This document shows, piece after piece, positions 34,774 to 43,512 of a stretch of 64,000 bases of DNA. How positions within the stretch are numbered: the first letter of the stretch is position 1; every line of letters starts with the position of its first letter. The DNA is taken from the NCBI RefSeq assembly GCF_048260245.1, contig NZ_JBLXGZ010000011.1, positions 960 to 64,959 on the forward strand, written 5' to 3'. Position numbers and translations under genes: made by a program. The notes under the pieces are model-generated. The model was not told the DNA's origin. It worked only from the letters and a program-made list of their open reading frames with translations, and ran no database searches. The DNA is from Kordiimonas sp. GTDB taxonomy: Bacteria > Pseudomonadota > Alphaproteobacteria > Sphingomonadales > Kordiimonadaceae.

Positions 34774-35979
34774 ATGTCCCCAGTATTTATCCTAGACGCC
34801 CTTCGTACACCCCGCGGCAAAGCCCGGCACGGCGGGGGCCTGAGCACCACAAAGCCGGTCGATATGGTGGCGACTTTGTTACGAGCGGTAGAAAAGAGAA
34901 CCGCCTTCCCGACAGGCAGGGTAGAAGATGTCTTGCTGGGATGTGTAACCCAGATCGGAGATCAGGGAGGCAACGTGGCGCGCACGGCGGTGTTGGTGGC
35001 TGACTGGCCTGCCAAGGTGCCCGGCTTGATGATTAATCGCTTTTGTACATCAGGTCTGGATGCGGCGGTGCTTGCCGGTGCCAAGCTATCGTCAGGCATG
35101 AATGATATCATAATCGCGGGCGGTGTTGAAGCGATGTCGCGGGTGCCGATCCTGTCCGATAATGGTGCGTATTATGCCGACCCGGATATTGCTGCCCGTG
35201 CGCCTTTTGTGCCGTTGGGAATCGCGGCTGATCTTGTTGCGAGCCTGGACGGTATTTCGCGACAAGAGGCCGATGCATATGCCGTCTTGACGCAGGCACG
35301 TGCGGCTGATGCGCGGTCAAAGAGCTATTTCACCAAATCGCTGATCGCGGTGCCTTCACCGGACGGTGGCGCGCCGTTCACCGAGGATGAAACCATACGT
35401 GACGGTGTGACAGCTGAAAGCCTTGCTGCTCTTGAACCATCCTTTGATGGCATAGGCGCAGGCCACTACGACAGATTGGCGCTTGCCCGGTTTAACGAGG
35501 TTGGCGCGGTCCGGCATATTCATACGCCGGGTAACTCTCCCGCGATGGCGGACGGAGCCTCTTTGCTGCTGATGGCAAACCAGCAGGCTGTTCAACACCA
35601 TGGGTTCAAGCCCAGGGCGCGGCTGCGGTCGGTCGCAAATACCAGCGTTGATCCTGTGCTGATGCTGACAGGTGGCATAGAGGCTTCAAAAATTGCCCTG
35701 ACCCGCGCGGGCATGACGGCTGCGGATATTGATTTGGTGGAATTTAACGAGGCGTTTGCCGCGGTTACCATCAAGTTTATCCGTGACATGGGCTTTAAAG
35801 AAGATCAGGTGAATGTGAATGGCGGTGCCATTGCGCTTGGCCACGCAATGGGGGCGACGGGTACCAGTTTGATCGGCACCGTGCTCGATGAGTTGGAGCG
35901 CCGTGGCCTCTCAACCGGTCTGGTGGCAATCTCCGGCGGGGCTGGTGTGGGCACCGCGGTCATTATCGAGCGCGTGTAG
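34774..35979 (+). CDS. thiolase family protein (acetyl-CoA C-acyltransferase type)
   Basis: I moved the start to ATG 34774 after GGAGAAC (MSPVFILDALRTPRGKAR). Nucleophile context NRFCTSGLDA, NEAFAAV, and GGAIALGHAMGATG. The usual C-terminal CxGGGxG reads ISGGAGVG (see findings). Confidence 0.85.
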   Translation: MSPVFILDALRTPRGKARHGGGLSTTKPVDMVATLLRAVEKRTAFPTGRVEDVLLGCVTQIGDQGGNVARTAVLVADWPAKVPGLMINRFCTSGLDAAVLAGAKLSSGMNDIIIAGGVEAMSRVPILSDNGAYYADPDIAARAPFVPLGIAADLVASLDGISRQEADAYAVLTQARAADARSKSYFTKSLIAVPSPDGGAPFTEDETIRDGVTAESLAALEPSFDGIGAGHYDRLALARFNEVGAVRHIHTPGNSPAMADGASLLLMANQQAVQHHGFKPRARLRSVANTSVDPVLMLTGGIEASKIALTRAGMTAADIDLVEFNEAFAAVTIKFIRDMGFKEDQVNVNGGAIALGHAMGATGTSLIGTVLDELERRGLSTGLVAISGGAGVGTAVIIERV

Positions 35980-36150
35980 GAAAAGCTGATTTGAGCGACA
36001 AAGGCGCGTGTCATTGTGGCTTCTTCGCAATAGCTGAGCAGTAAAAACCGAAAATTAGGTCACAGTGTCCGCTTTTCACCATAATTGTTGTCAAAACTCA
36101 TGGAAGCCCTGACAGTCGGGGCAAGAGCTCAGCAAATCTTGGGGGACATC

Positions 36151-39100
36151 ATGCGCCGTTATCTCGCCAGCCTTTTCATTGCTATTATTCTGTCTTCAGG
36201 GGCCATGTTCAGTGCGCCTGCGATTTTTGCGCAGGATGTTCCCGCGATCGAGAGCCACACTACAGAAGCCGACAGGTTTTTAACGCGTGCGGAAGACCTG
36301 AAGGCACGGCTTGGAGAGTTGCAGGCTGAGGCGAAAATTGATGACATGAGCCTGCTGGAAGTGCTGGCGCACAAAGGTCTTGAAGAAAACGTCGCCGATT
36401 TTGTGAAGTCAAACCGGATCGAGCTTGAGTTAGCCGCTGATCCAGCGTCAGCCGTGGCATGGCTGAAGGCATCAGGGGCGCTGAGTAAAGTTGAACGCGA
36501 GGAAGACGCGTTGGCCGCAGCGTGGAAGGCCTATGACCTTGCGGAAAAGGATGGCATCAAAGCGCAAGCGCTGGATGCCCTTGCCATGCATGCGCGAGAT
36601 GCAGGTCGCGGTCAGCATGCTCTCGCCATTTTGGAATACGCCTTGTCATTACAAGACAGCAAGGACAGGCGCGCGCACCGCGATGCAGTGCAGGGGCAAT
36701 TTACCCTGCGGGTCATCGACGTTGCCATAGACGTGGAGGCATTTTCGCCCACGGTTTGTCTGGTACTGTCGGAACAGCTGGCAACGGGCACTGCCGCAAA
36801 GGTGGAAGATTATCTGAGGCTACCATCCGGTTTTGACGCCAGCCTGCGCGCCAATGGCAACCGAATCTGTGTGACAGGACTTACGTACGGGCAGGAATTC
36901 AAGGTCACGGTGCTTGCGGGTCTCATGGGCACGGATGGCAGTCGTCTTTATAATGACATCACTCGAACCGTCACGGTGCCGAACAGGGAGCCGCGCGTCA
37001 ATTTTGGCAATGGCACCTATGTGCTGCCGCGTATGGGTGATGAGACGGTCCCCTTGAAGACAGTAAACATGAGCGCCGTAGACCTGAAGCTTTACCGCGT
37101 GTCCGATCGTGGCCTGGTGCCGCTCCTCAACAGCGGTGTCAAAAGCGACGCACTTTATGAATGGAGTGAAGGCCGCCTTGGTGGAGAATATGGCAGGCTT
37201 GTGTGGGAAGGCGCGATGGATGTCGAAAACATTCCCAACAAGGATGTAACCACACTTGTGCCCGTGCGGGACCTTATTGATGACAAGGGGCCGGGCATGT
37301 ATGCGCTTGTTGCCTCAGACCCGGCGGAAGATGAGAACCGGCGCTACCGGTATGAGCATCAGGCTCAGTGGCTCCTGATTTCCGACCTTGGCATGATGAC
37401 CCTGTCGGGGGATGACGGCTTGCATGTGTTCATGCATTCGCTCGAAACCGCAAAGGCGCTTCGCGGCGTGAACCTGAAGCTTGTGGCGCGCGACAACAGC
37501 ATCCTCAAAACGCTTGATACTGATCGCAGCGGCCATGCCGTCTTCGCACCTGCACTACTACGCGGTAAAGGCGGCGCAAGCCCGGCTGCCATTGTGGCTG
37601 AAACCGACAAGGGCGATTACGCCTTCCTCACATTGGACGGTCCTGCGCTAGACCTCAGCGACCGGGGCACGGACGGACGCAAGGCGTCTGGCCCGCTTGA
37701 TGCCTATATGTTTACCGAACGCGGGGTCTACCGCCCCGGCGAGACGGTGCATCTCTCCGCCCTGTTGCGGGACACCCGGGCCATGGCCGTGCCAGGGCTT
37801 CCCCTGACCTTCAAGGTTTTCCGGCCCGACGGGATGGAGGCTGAGAAGACAACCCTCAAGGGTGATCGTTTGGGCGGTTACGCTTATGACCTAACACTCT
37901 CGTCCGGTGCCCGTACGGGCCTTTGGCGGGCGGCTTTGTTCGCGGATGATGACGACAAAAGTATTGGCGAAGTGCGCTTCTCGGTCGACGAGTTTGTGCC
38001 CGAGCGCTTAAGCGCGACCCTGGATACCGCAGTGAAACAGGTGTCAGGTGACGCGCCTGTAGAAACCACGGTGCAGGCGGATTTCCTCTATGGTGCACCG
38101 GGGGCGGATCTCGCCGGCACGTTGGAAGTACAGCTTGAACGCGATCCGCAGCCTTTCCCGGATTATAAGGCCTATGACTTCGGTCTTGTACAGGAGGAGT
38201 ATAAACCGGCACCAGCGACACAGCAGAGTTTTGTTACAAATGAGACTGGCAGTGCTCAGGTTGCGGTCAGTTTCGCCCAGTTGCCGGACACCAGCCAGCC
38301 ATTGCGCGCACGGTTAAAGGCAGAGGTGGTTGATGTGGGCGGCCGTCCGGTGGCCGACACGGTTTTCCTACCGGTGAGACAGTCCCCTGTAATGTTGGGC
38401 GTGAAGACCAAAAATGCAGAGAGTTTTGACGAAGGTGAGCCGGCTAACATCGATGTGGTTGCGCTTTCCGCAGATGGACAGCCGCTCGGTGGCCATGGTC
38501 TGACCGTCGTGTGGGTGCGCGAACATTACCAGTATAACTGGTATCGGCTTGATGGTATGTGGCAGTTTCGCAGCACTAGCGTTGACGAGGTAATCGCGGA
38601 GCAGGAACTGTCAACCGGAACAGACGGCATGCTTTCACTCGAGCGCATGCTGGGCAATGGTCGTTACCGGGTTGATGTATTTGCCCACGACGACGAGGCG
38701 GCAAGCAGCACGCGGTTCCACGTCGGCTGGTGGTCGGCTGGCACCTCACCCGACGTGCCGGACGCGCTTGAGCTCACACTTGAGAGCTCCGCATTGAAGG
38801 CCGGTGATCGGTTACGCGGTTTTGTAAAGGCGCCATTTGAAGGCCGCGCACTTATTACTATCGTTAACGACCAACTGGTCGAACACAAACTCATCACCCT
38901 TGAGAGAAATGGCAGCGCCTTCGATTTTAAGGTCGCTGCTGAATGGGGGCCGGGGGCTTATGTGCTGGCAACCGCGCTCAGGCCCGATGCGGGTGAAGTT
39001 TCGCGCCTGCCGGTGCGGGCGACGGGACTTGCGTGGTTCTCGGTTGGGCGCACAGGCCATGTTGCAAAGCTTGAGATCGACGCGCCCGAAGTGGCGCTGC

Positions 39101-41403
39101 CGGGCAAAGCGGTAAAGCTGCCGATCCGTGTCAAAGGCGGTAAACCGGGTGAGGAGATGAAAGTTATCCTCGCCGCGGTGGATGAAGGCATCCTGAATAT
39201 TACGCGCTTTAAAAGCCCCAACCCGGACGCGTTTTATTATGGCCAGCGCGCTTTCTCAATGGACCTACGCGATGTATATGGTCGCTTGATACGGTCGGAA
39301 GAAGGCAGGCGTGGCTCCTTGCGCACGGGCGGTGATACCATGATGGTGACAGGTGCCCGCCTGACCGCTGAAGAACGCGCAGTTGATAACCTGTTTGCGG
39401 CTATCACGCGCACCGCCCGCACCGTGGCCGTTATCCGCCGTGATATCACCTTGGCGGAAGACGGTACGGCCACCGTTGAGCTGGACCTGCCGGATTTTGC
39501 CGGTCGACTGCGGCTGATGGCTGTGGCGTACGGGGCAACCATGGTCGGCGTTGGCGAAAGCGCGCTCACCGTGCGAACGCCAATTGTGGCAGAACTGATT
39601 TTGCCGCGTTTCCTGGCACCCGGTGACACGGCAGAGGCAACTTTGAGCGTGCAGAACCTCTCTGGAGCGACATCTGATGTGCAAGTCTCGCTGATGAGCG
39701 ATGGCTCGGCCATCGAACTTGCAGCAGGCACGGAAAACAGCTTAACGCTGGCACACAAGGAACGCCGGGATATCCCGGTTACGCTTCGCGGCCTGGTTCC
39801 GGGCGACGCGGGCCTGCACCTGACACTGGTTCGCAGCGGCGCGGAGGACATAAAACGCGATTGGGGCATCACAGTGCGCGCCGCATGGCCCTATTCAACA
39901 CAGCGCGAAAGCGAAGGCATTGCCCCCGGCGAGACAATGGAAATTGCAGCCACTGACATGGAGGCGTTTTACCAACAGACAGTGTCGGGGCAGCTTACTC
40001 TGTCGTCGCGCCCAAACCTTGAAGCTGACCGCATGATGCGTGCCCTGAATTTGTACGCTTACTGGTGTACGGAGCAGACCGTCTCGCGCGCCATGCCCGC
40101 ACTCAATCATTCACCGCTGTCGAAGCTCTATGATTTACCCATGAGTAAGACGGAGGCGGACGGCGCCGTAGAACGCGCACTTGTGGCGCTGCTTGACCGG
40201 CAAAAGGGCGATGGTAGCTTCGGTGTCTGGTCGCTCATGGGCAACAGAGATGCATGGCTAGATGCCTATGTCACCGACTTCCTGCTGCGTGCGGGTGAGG
40301 CTGGGTATACCGTGCCGGACGCGACCACCAGACTGTCGCTGAGGCGGCTTAAAAGCATAGCAGACCGCCATGGGCGCGGCCATATTGAGGCGCAAGCCTA
40401 TGCGCTTTATGTGCTGGCCCGCGTGGGCGACGTGTCTGCCAGTGAAGTGCGCTATTTTGCCGACCAATTTGCCAGCAAACTGCGTACACCTCTCGCACGC
40501 GCGCAGGTGGCAGCAGCGTTGAGCCATGTCGGTGAGCAGCAAACCGCTGAAGCCATGTTTGCAAGGGCTTACAAAAGCGCAAGGACCGAGGGCTATCATG
40601 CGGACTATGGCACCCGGATGCGGGACCAGGCGGCCTTCGCGGCCTTGCTGGCGGAGGTGATGCCAGACGCGCCTTACATGGCAGAATTAGCAGACCTGCT
40701 GGAGCGTGAGGTTGCCTATGAAGGCTGGCTCAGCACGCAGGAAATGGCCTGGATCGCCCGTGCGGCTGCTGCGTTTGCTGTTGAGGGGGATGGTCAGCTT
40801 TCAGCCACGCTGAACGGTGACGACAGGGTCAGCGCTGCCAGGGGTCTGTGGACGGGCAGCATTGGTAGCGACCTGCCCGATGGTGCATTGACGGTCACCA
40901 ATACGGGCAACAGTGCGATCCGGGCGGTGAAAACAGTGCGCGGTATTCCGGTAGCAGCACCAGAGCCAGTGGCAGAAGGTATGCGTATCAGCCGCGCCTA
41001 TTTCACCATGGACGGCAAGCCGGTGGACATGGCTGCTCTCAAGCGAAACGACCGTGTTGTGGTGTTGATCGAAGGTGTGGCCACGGCTGCGGCGGTGCGC
41101 GATACGCTTGTGGTGGATATGCTGCCGGCAGGGCTTGAGATCGAGACAACGGATGTCTCCTCTTTTGCGTTTCTGCCCACGCTTTCGTCCACCGAGTTTA
41201 CCGATGCCCGTGACGACCGTTTTGTCGGCGTGATCAAGCTTGGGCAATGGGGCGATTGGCGTAAGAATCGTTTCCGCCTTGCCTATGTCGTGCGGGGGAT
41301 TACGCCGGGGGACTATGTCATGCCCGGGGCATTCGCCGAAGACATGTACAAGCCTGAATTTCACACGCAAGGGCCGGTAAGTCGTATACGGATTGTGAAA
41401 TAG
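36151..41403 (+). CDS. bacterial alpha-2-macroglobulin family protein (YfhM type)
   Basis: About 1750 aa. Start placed at ATG 36151 (MRRYLASLFIAIILSSGAMFSAPAIFAQ signal peptide; the track starts at 36085). Thioester motif CTEQ is present, and the gene is followed directly by pbpC. Confidence 0.9.
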   Translation: MRRYLASLFIAIILSSGAMFSAPAIFAQDVPAIESHTTEADRFLTRAEDLKARLGELQAEAKIDDMSLLEVLAHKGLEENVADFVKSNRIELELAADPASAVAWLKASGALSKVEREEDALAAAWKAYDLAEKDGIKAQALDALAMHARDAGRGQHALAILEYALSLQDSKDRRAHRDAVQGQFTLRVIDVAIDVEAFSPTVCLVLSEQLATGTAAKVEDYLRLPSGFDASLRANGNRICVTGLTYGQEFKVTVLAGLMGTDGSRLYNDITRTVTVPNREPRVNFGNGTYVLPRMGDETVPLKTVNMSAVDLKLYRVSDRGLVPLLNSGVKSDALYEWSEGRLGGEYGRLVWEGAMDVENIPNKDVTTLVPVRDLIDDKGPGMYALVASDPAEDENRRYRYEHQAQWLLISDLGMMTLSGDDGLHVFMHSLETAKALRGVNLKLVARDNSILKTLDTDRSGHAVFAPALLRGKGGASPAAIVAETDKGDYAFLTLDGPALDLSDRGTDGRKASGPLDAYMFTERGVYRPGETVHLSALLRDTRAMAVPGLPLTFKVFRPDGMEAEKTTLKGDRLGGYAYDLTLSSGARTGLWRAALFADDDDKSIGEVRFSVDEFVPERLSATLDTAVKQVSGDAPVETTVQADFLYGAPGADLAGTLEVQLERDPQPFPDYKAYDFGLVQEEYKPAPATQQSFVTNETGSAQVAVSFAQLPDTSQPLRARLKAEVVDVGGRPVADTVFLPVRQSPVMLGVKTKNAESFDEGEPANIDVVALSADGQPLGGHGLTVVWVREHYQYNWYRLDGMWQFRSTSVDEVIAEQELSTGTDGMLSLERMLGNGRYRVDVFAHDDEAASSTRFHVGWWSAGTSPDVPDALELTLESSALKAGDRLRGFVKAPFEGRALITIVNDQLVEHKLITLERNGSAFDFKVAAEWGPGAYVLATALRPDAGEVSRLPVRATGLAWFSVGRTGHVAKLEIDAPEVALPGKAVKLPIRVKGGKPGEEMKVILAAVDEGILNITRFKSPNPDAFYYGQRAFSMDLRDVYGRLIRSEEGRRGSLRTGGDTMMVTGARLTAEERAVDNLFAAITRTARTVAVIRRDITLAEDGTATVELDLPDFAGRLRLMAVAYGATMVGVGESALTVRTPIVAELILPRFLAPGDTAEATLSVQNLSGATSDVQVSLMSDGSAIELAAGTENSLTLAHKERRDIPVTLRGLVPGDAGLHLTLVRSGAEDIKRDWGITVRAAWPYSTQRESEGIAPGETMEIAATDMEAFYQQTVSGQLTLSSRPNLEADRMMRALNLYAYWCTEQTVSRAMPALNHSPLSKLYDLPMSKTEADGAVERALVALLDRQKGDGSFGVWSLMGNRDAWLDAYVTDFLLRAGEAGYTVPDATTRLSLRRLKSIADRHGRGHIEAQAYALYVLARVGDVSASEVRYFADQFASKLRTPLARAQVAAALSHVGEQQTAEAMFARAYKSARTEGYHADYGTRMRDQAAFAALLAEVMPDAPYMAELADLLEREVAYEGWLSTQEMAWIARAAAAFAVEGDGQLSATLNGDDRVSAARGLWTGSIGSDLPDGALTVTNTGNSAIRAVKTVRGIPVAAPEPVAEGMRISRAYFTMDGKPVDMAALKRNDRVVVLIEGVATAAAVRDTLVVDMLPAGLEIETTDVSSFAFLPTLSSTEFTDARDDRFVGVIKLGQWGDWRKNRFRLAYVVRGITPGDYVMPGAFAEDMYKPEFHTQGPVSRIRIVK
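40066..40077 (+). other. thioester motif CTEQ of the alpha-2-macroglobulin
   Basis: TGT ACG GAG CAG lies in frame in the context YAYWCTEQTVSRA, matching the CxEQ thioester signature. Confidence 0.8.
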
Positions 41404-41406
41404 CCC

Positions 41407-43512
41407 GTGCTGGCAGGCCTATGGGCATACCGGAAGTGGGGCATCATGGGGCTGGTGGGGGTCATCCTCGCCTTTTTCATCGGCCTGCGCGTAATGGACC
41501 GTCTTTATCCGCCTGAACTGTCGCGTTATCACACTACGTCAGGTGAGGTACATGCCGCCGATGGGCGCCTTATGAGGCTTTTCACGGTTGAAGACGGTAT
41601 TCTCCGCCGCGCCGCGCATATTGAAGATGTGGACCCGCTCTATCTTCATATGCTGGTCGCCTACGAGGACAAGCGGTACTATGAGCATGGCGGCATTGAC
41701 TATCTCGCGCTTGCCCGGGCTTTGTGGCAGGCGGTCAAACATGGCGAAGTTGTCTCGGGTGCCTCAACGCTGACGATGCAAACAGCGCGCCTGCTGGAGC
41801 CGAGGCCACGGACCGTCAGGTCCAAACTGATTGAGATGTTTCGGGCGTGGCAGCTTGAACGCCGCTTTTCCAAGCGCGAAATACTTGAGATATACCTCAC
41901 CCTTGCGCCCTTCGGCGGCAATATTGAGGGGGTCAAGGCGGCCGCATACGCCTATTTGGGTCACGACGGCACACGGCTGACAGCCGACGAAGCAGCGCTT
42001 TTGGTTATTCTGCCGCAATCGCCAACGCGGCTAAGGCCTGACCGTCATGCGGACCGCGCGAAGACAGCGCGCAACAAGGTGCTGAACCGGGTAGCGGCGG
42101 ACATTGGCCTTGACGCCAGGGTGCATGACCTTGCGCTCAGGGCACCGGTGCCAGACAACCGTCATCATCTCACAATCGTTGCACCCCATCTCGCTGCTCG
42201 GTTGCGCATGGGCGGGCTGAAGGGCGTGGCGGTGACGCCGGTTGACTACGGCTTGCAGACAGAACTTGAGCGGCTTGTCAAAGTGCGCGCCGGTGCCGTG
42301 CATAAGCGCGCCAGTGCGGCCATTCTGGTGGTGGAAAACCGGTCGCGCCATGTGCTGGCCTATGTGGGTTCGGCCGGCATAGATGCACCCTCCCGGCTTG
42401 GGTATGTGGACATGGTAAGCGCCTTGCGTTCGCCCGGTTCCACCTTGAAACCGTTTATCTACGGCATGGCGTTTGATCGCGGGCTTGCCCATGCCGAAAC
42501 CCGTGTGCGCGATGAAGAACGCCGCTTTGGCAGCTATGCGCCCAGTAACTTCATGGACCGGCACTATGGTGATGTTTCCATTCGTGAGGCGCTTGTACGC
42601 TCGCTGAATGTACCTGCGGTTGCTGTTCTGGACCGGCTGGGGCCGGTGGCTTTCGCGGCGGAGATGCGCAGTGCCGGGGTGGTATTTCGCCTGCCGGGGA
42701 ACGAACCGCCAGGTCTGGCAGTGGCCCTCGGTGGGGTCGGCATGTCCCTTGAGGGGCTGGCACAATTATATACCGCGCTCGCGAGCGATGGTCTTGTGCG
42801 GCCCCTTGTGTATGAATTGAGCAAACCTCCCGTGCTGCCTGCCACTGGCGAAATACTGACGGCGCACGCGCGGTTGACGCTGTCGAATATCCTGTCTGCC
42901 GCCCGCCCGCCGGAGGACCGTTTGCCGGATGCGTATCATAGCCGCGCACGACCTCTGGCTTATAAAACCGGCACCAGCTATGGCTTTCGCGATGCGTGGG
43001 CCATTGGCTATGACGCTGATTTTACGGTGGCGGTATGGGTTGGCCGCGCTGACGGCACGCCGCTACCGGGCCATTTTGGCGCTAGCACGGCAGCGCCTAT
43101 TCTTTTTGATGTGTTTGACCGTTTGCCTGCCTCCGCTGCGCCCGAATGGGCAACCGGTTCGGGTGACCGGCGCAGTTTCAAGGACTTACCCCCTGCGCTT
43201 AAATATTTTGACGCCCCGGAACGACTGATGCTGGCAGGCGCGGGTGAGCAGCGATTGAGCATAAAATTCCCGCTGGATGGTAGCGTGATTGAGATACAGA
43301 AAGCCGATATGGTGCTATCTCTTAGCGCACATGGCGGTGCCCGCCCTCTGCAGTGGTTCGTGGATGGCAGACCACTCAAGACGAACCGCTGGTCCCGACA
43401 GGCCAGCTTTCGCCTTGAGAGCGAGGGGTTTTACCAGATCACAGTTGCGGATGCTGTCGGCCAAACCGCACATGCCCGTATTCGGGCTGCCCTACGCCCG
43501 CCTTCGCGTTAG
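41407..43512 (+). CDS. pbpC: penicillin-binding protein 1C (bifunctional transglycosylase/transpeptidase)
   Basis: 701 aa with a GTG start 4 nt after the A2M stop. Glycosyltransferase block EDKRYYEHGGID. Transpeptidase motifs STLK, SLN and KTGTS. Confidence 0.9.
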   Translation: MLAGLWAYRKWGIMGLVGVILAFFIGLRVMDRLYPPELSRYHTTSGEVHAADGRLMRLFTVEDGILRRAAHIEDVDPLYLHMLVAYEDKRYYEHGGIDYLALARALWQAVKHGEVVSGASTLTMQTARLLEPRPRTVRSKLIEMFRAWQLERRFSKREILEIYLTLAPFGGNIEGVKAAAYAYLGHDGTRLTADEAALLVILPQSPTRLRPDRHADRAKTARNKVLNRVAADIGLDARVHDLALRAPVPDNRHHLTIVAPHLAARLRMGGLKGVAVTPVDYGLQTELERLVKVRAGAVHKRASAAILVVENRSRHVLAYVGSAGIDAPSRLGYVDMVSALRSPGSTLKPFIYGMAFDRGLAHAETRVRDEERRFGSYAPSNFMDRHYGDVSIREALVRSLNVPAVAVLDRLGPVAFAAEMRSAGVVFRLPGNEPPGLAVALGGVGMSLEGLAQLYTALASDGLVRPLVYELSKPPVLPATGEILTAHARLTLSNILSAARPPEDRLPDAYHSRARPLAYKTGTSYGFRDAWAIGYDADFTVAVWVGRADGTPLPGHFGASTAAPILFDVFDRLPASAAPEWATGSGDRRSFKDLPPALKYFDAPERLMLAGAGEQRLSIKFPLDGSVIEIQKADMVLSLSAHGGARPLQWFVDGRPLKTNRWSRQASFRLESEGFYQITVADAVGQTAHARIRAALRPPSR

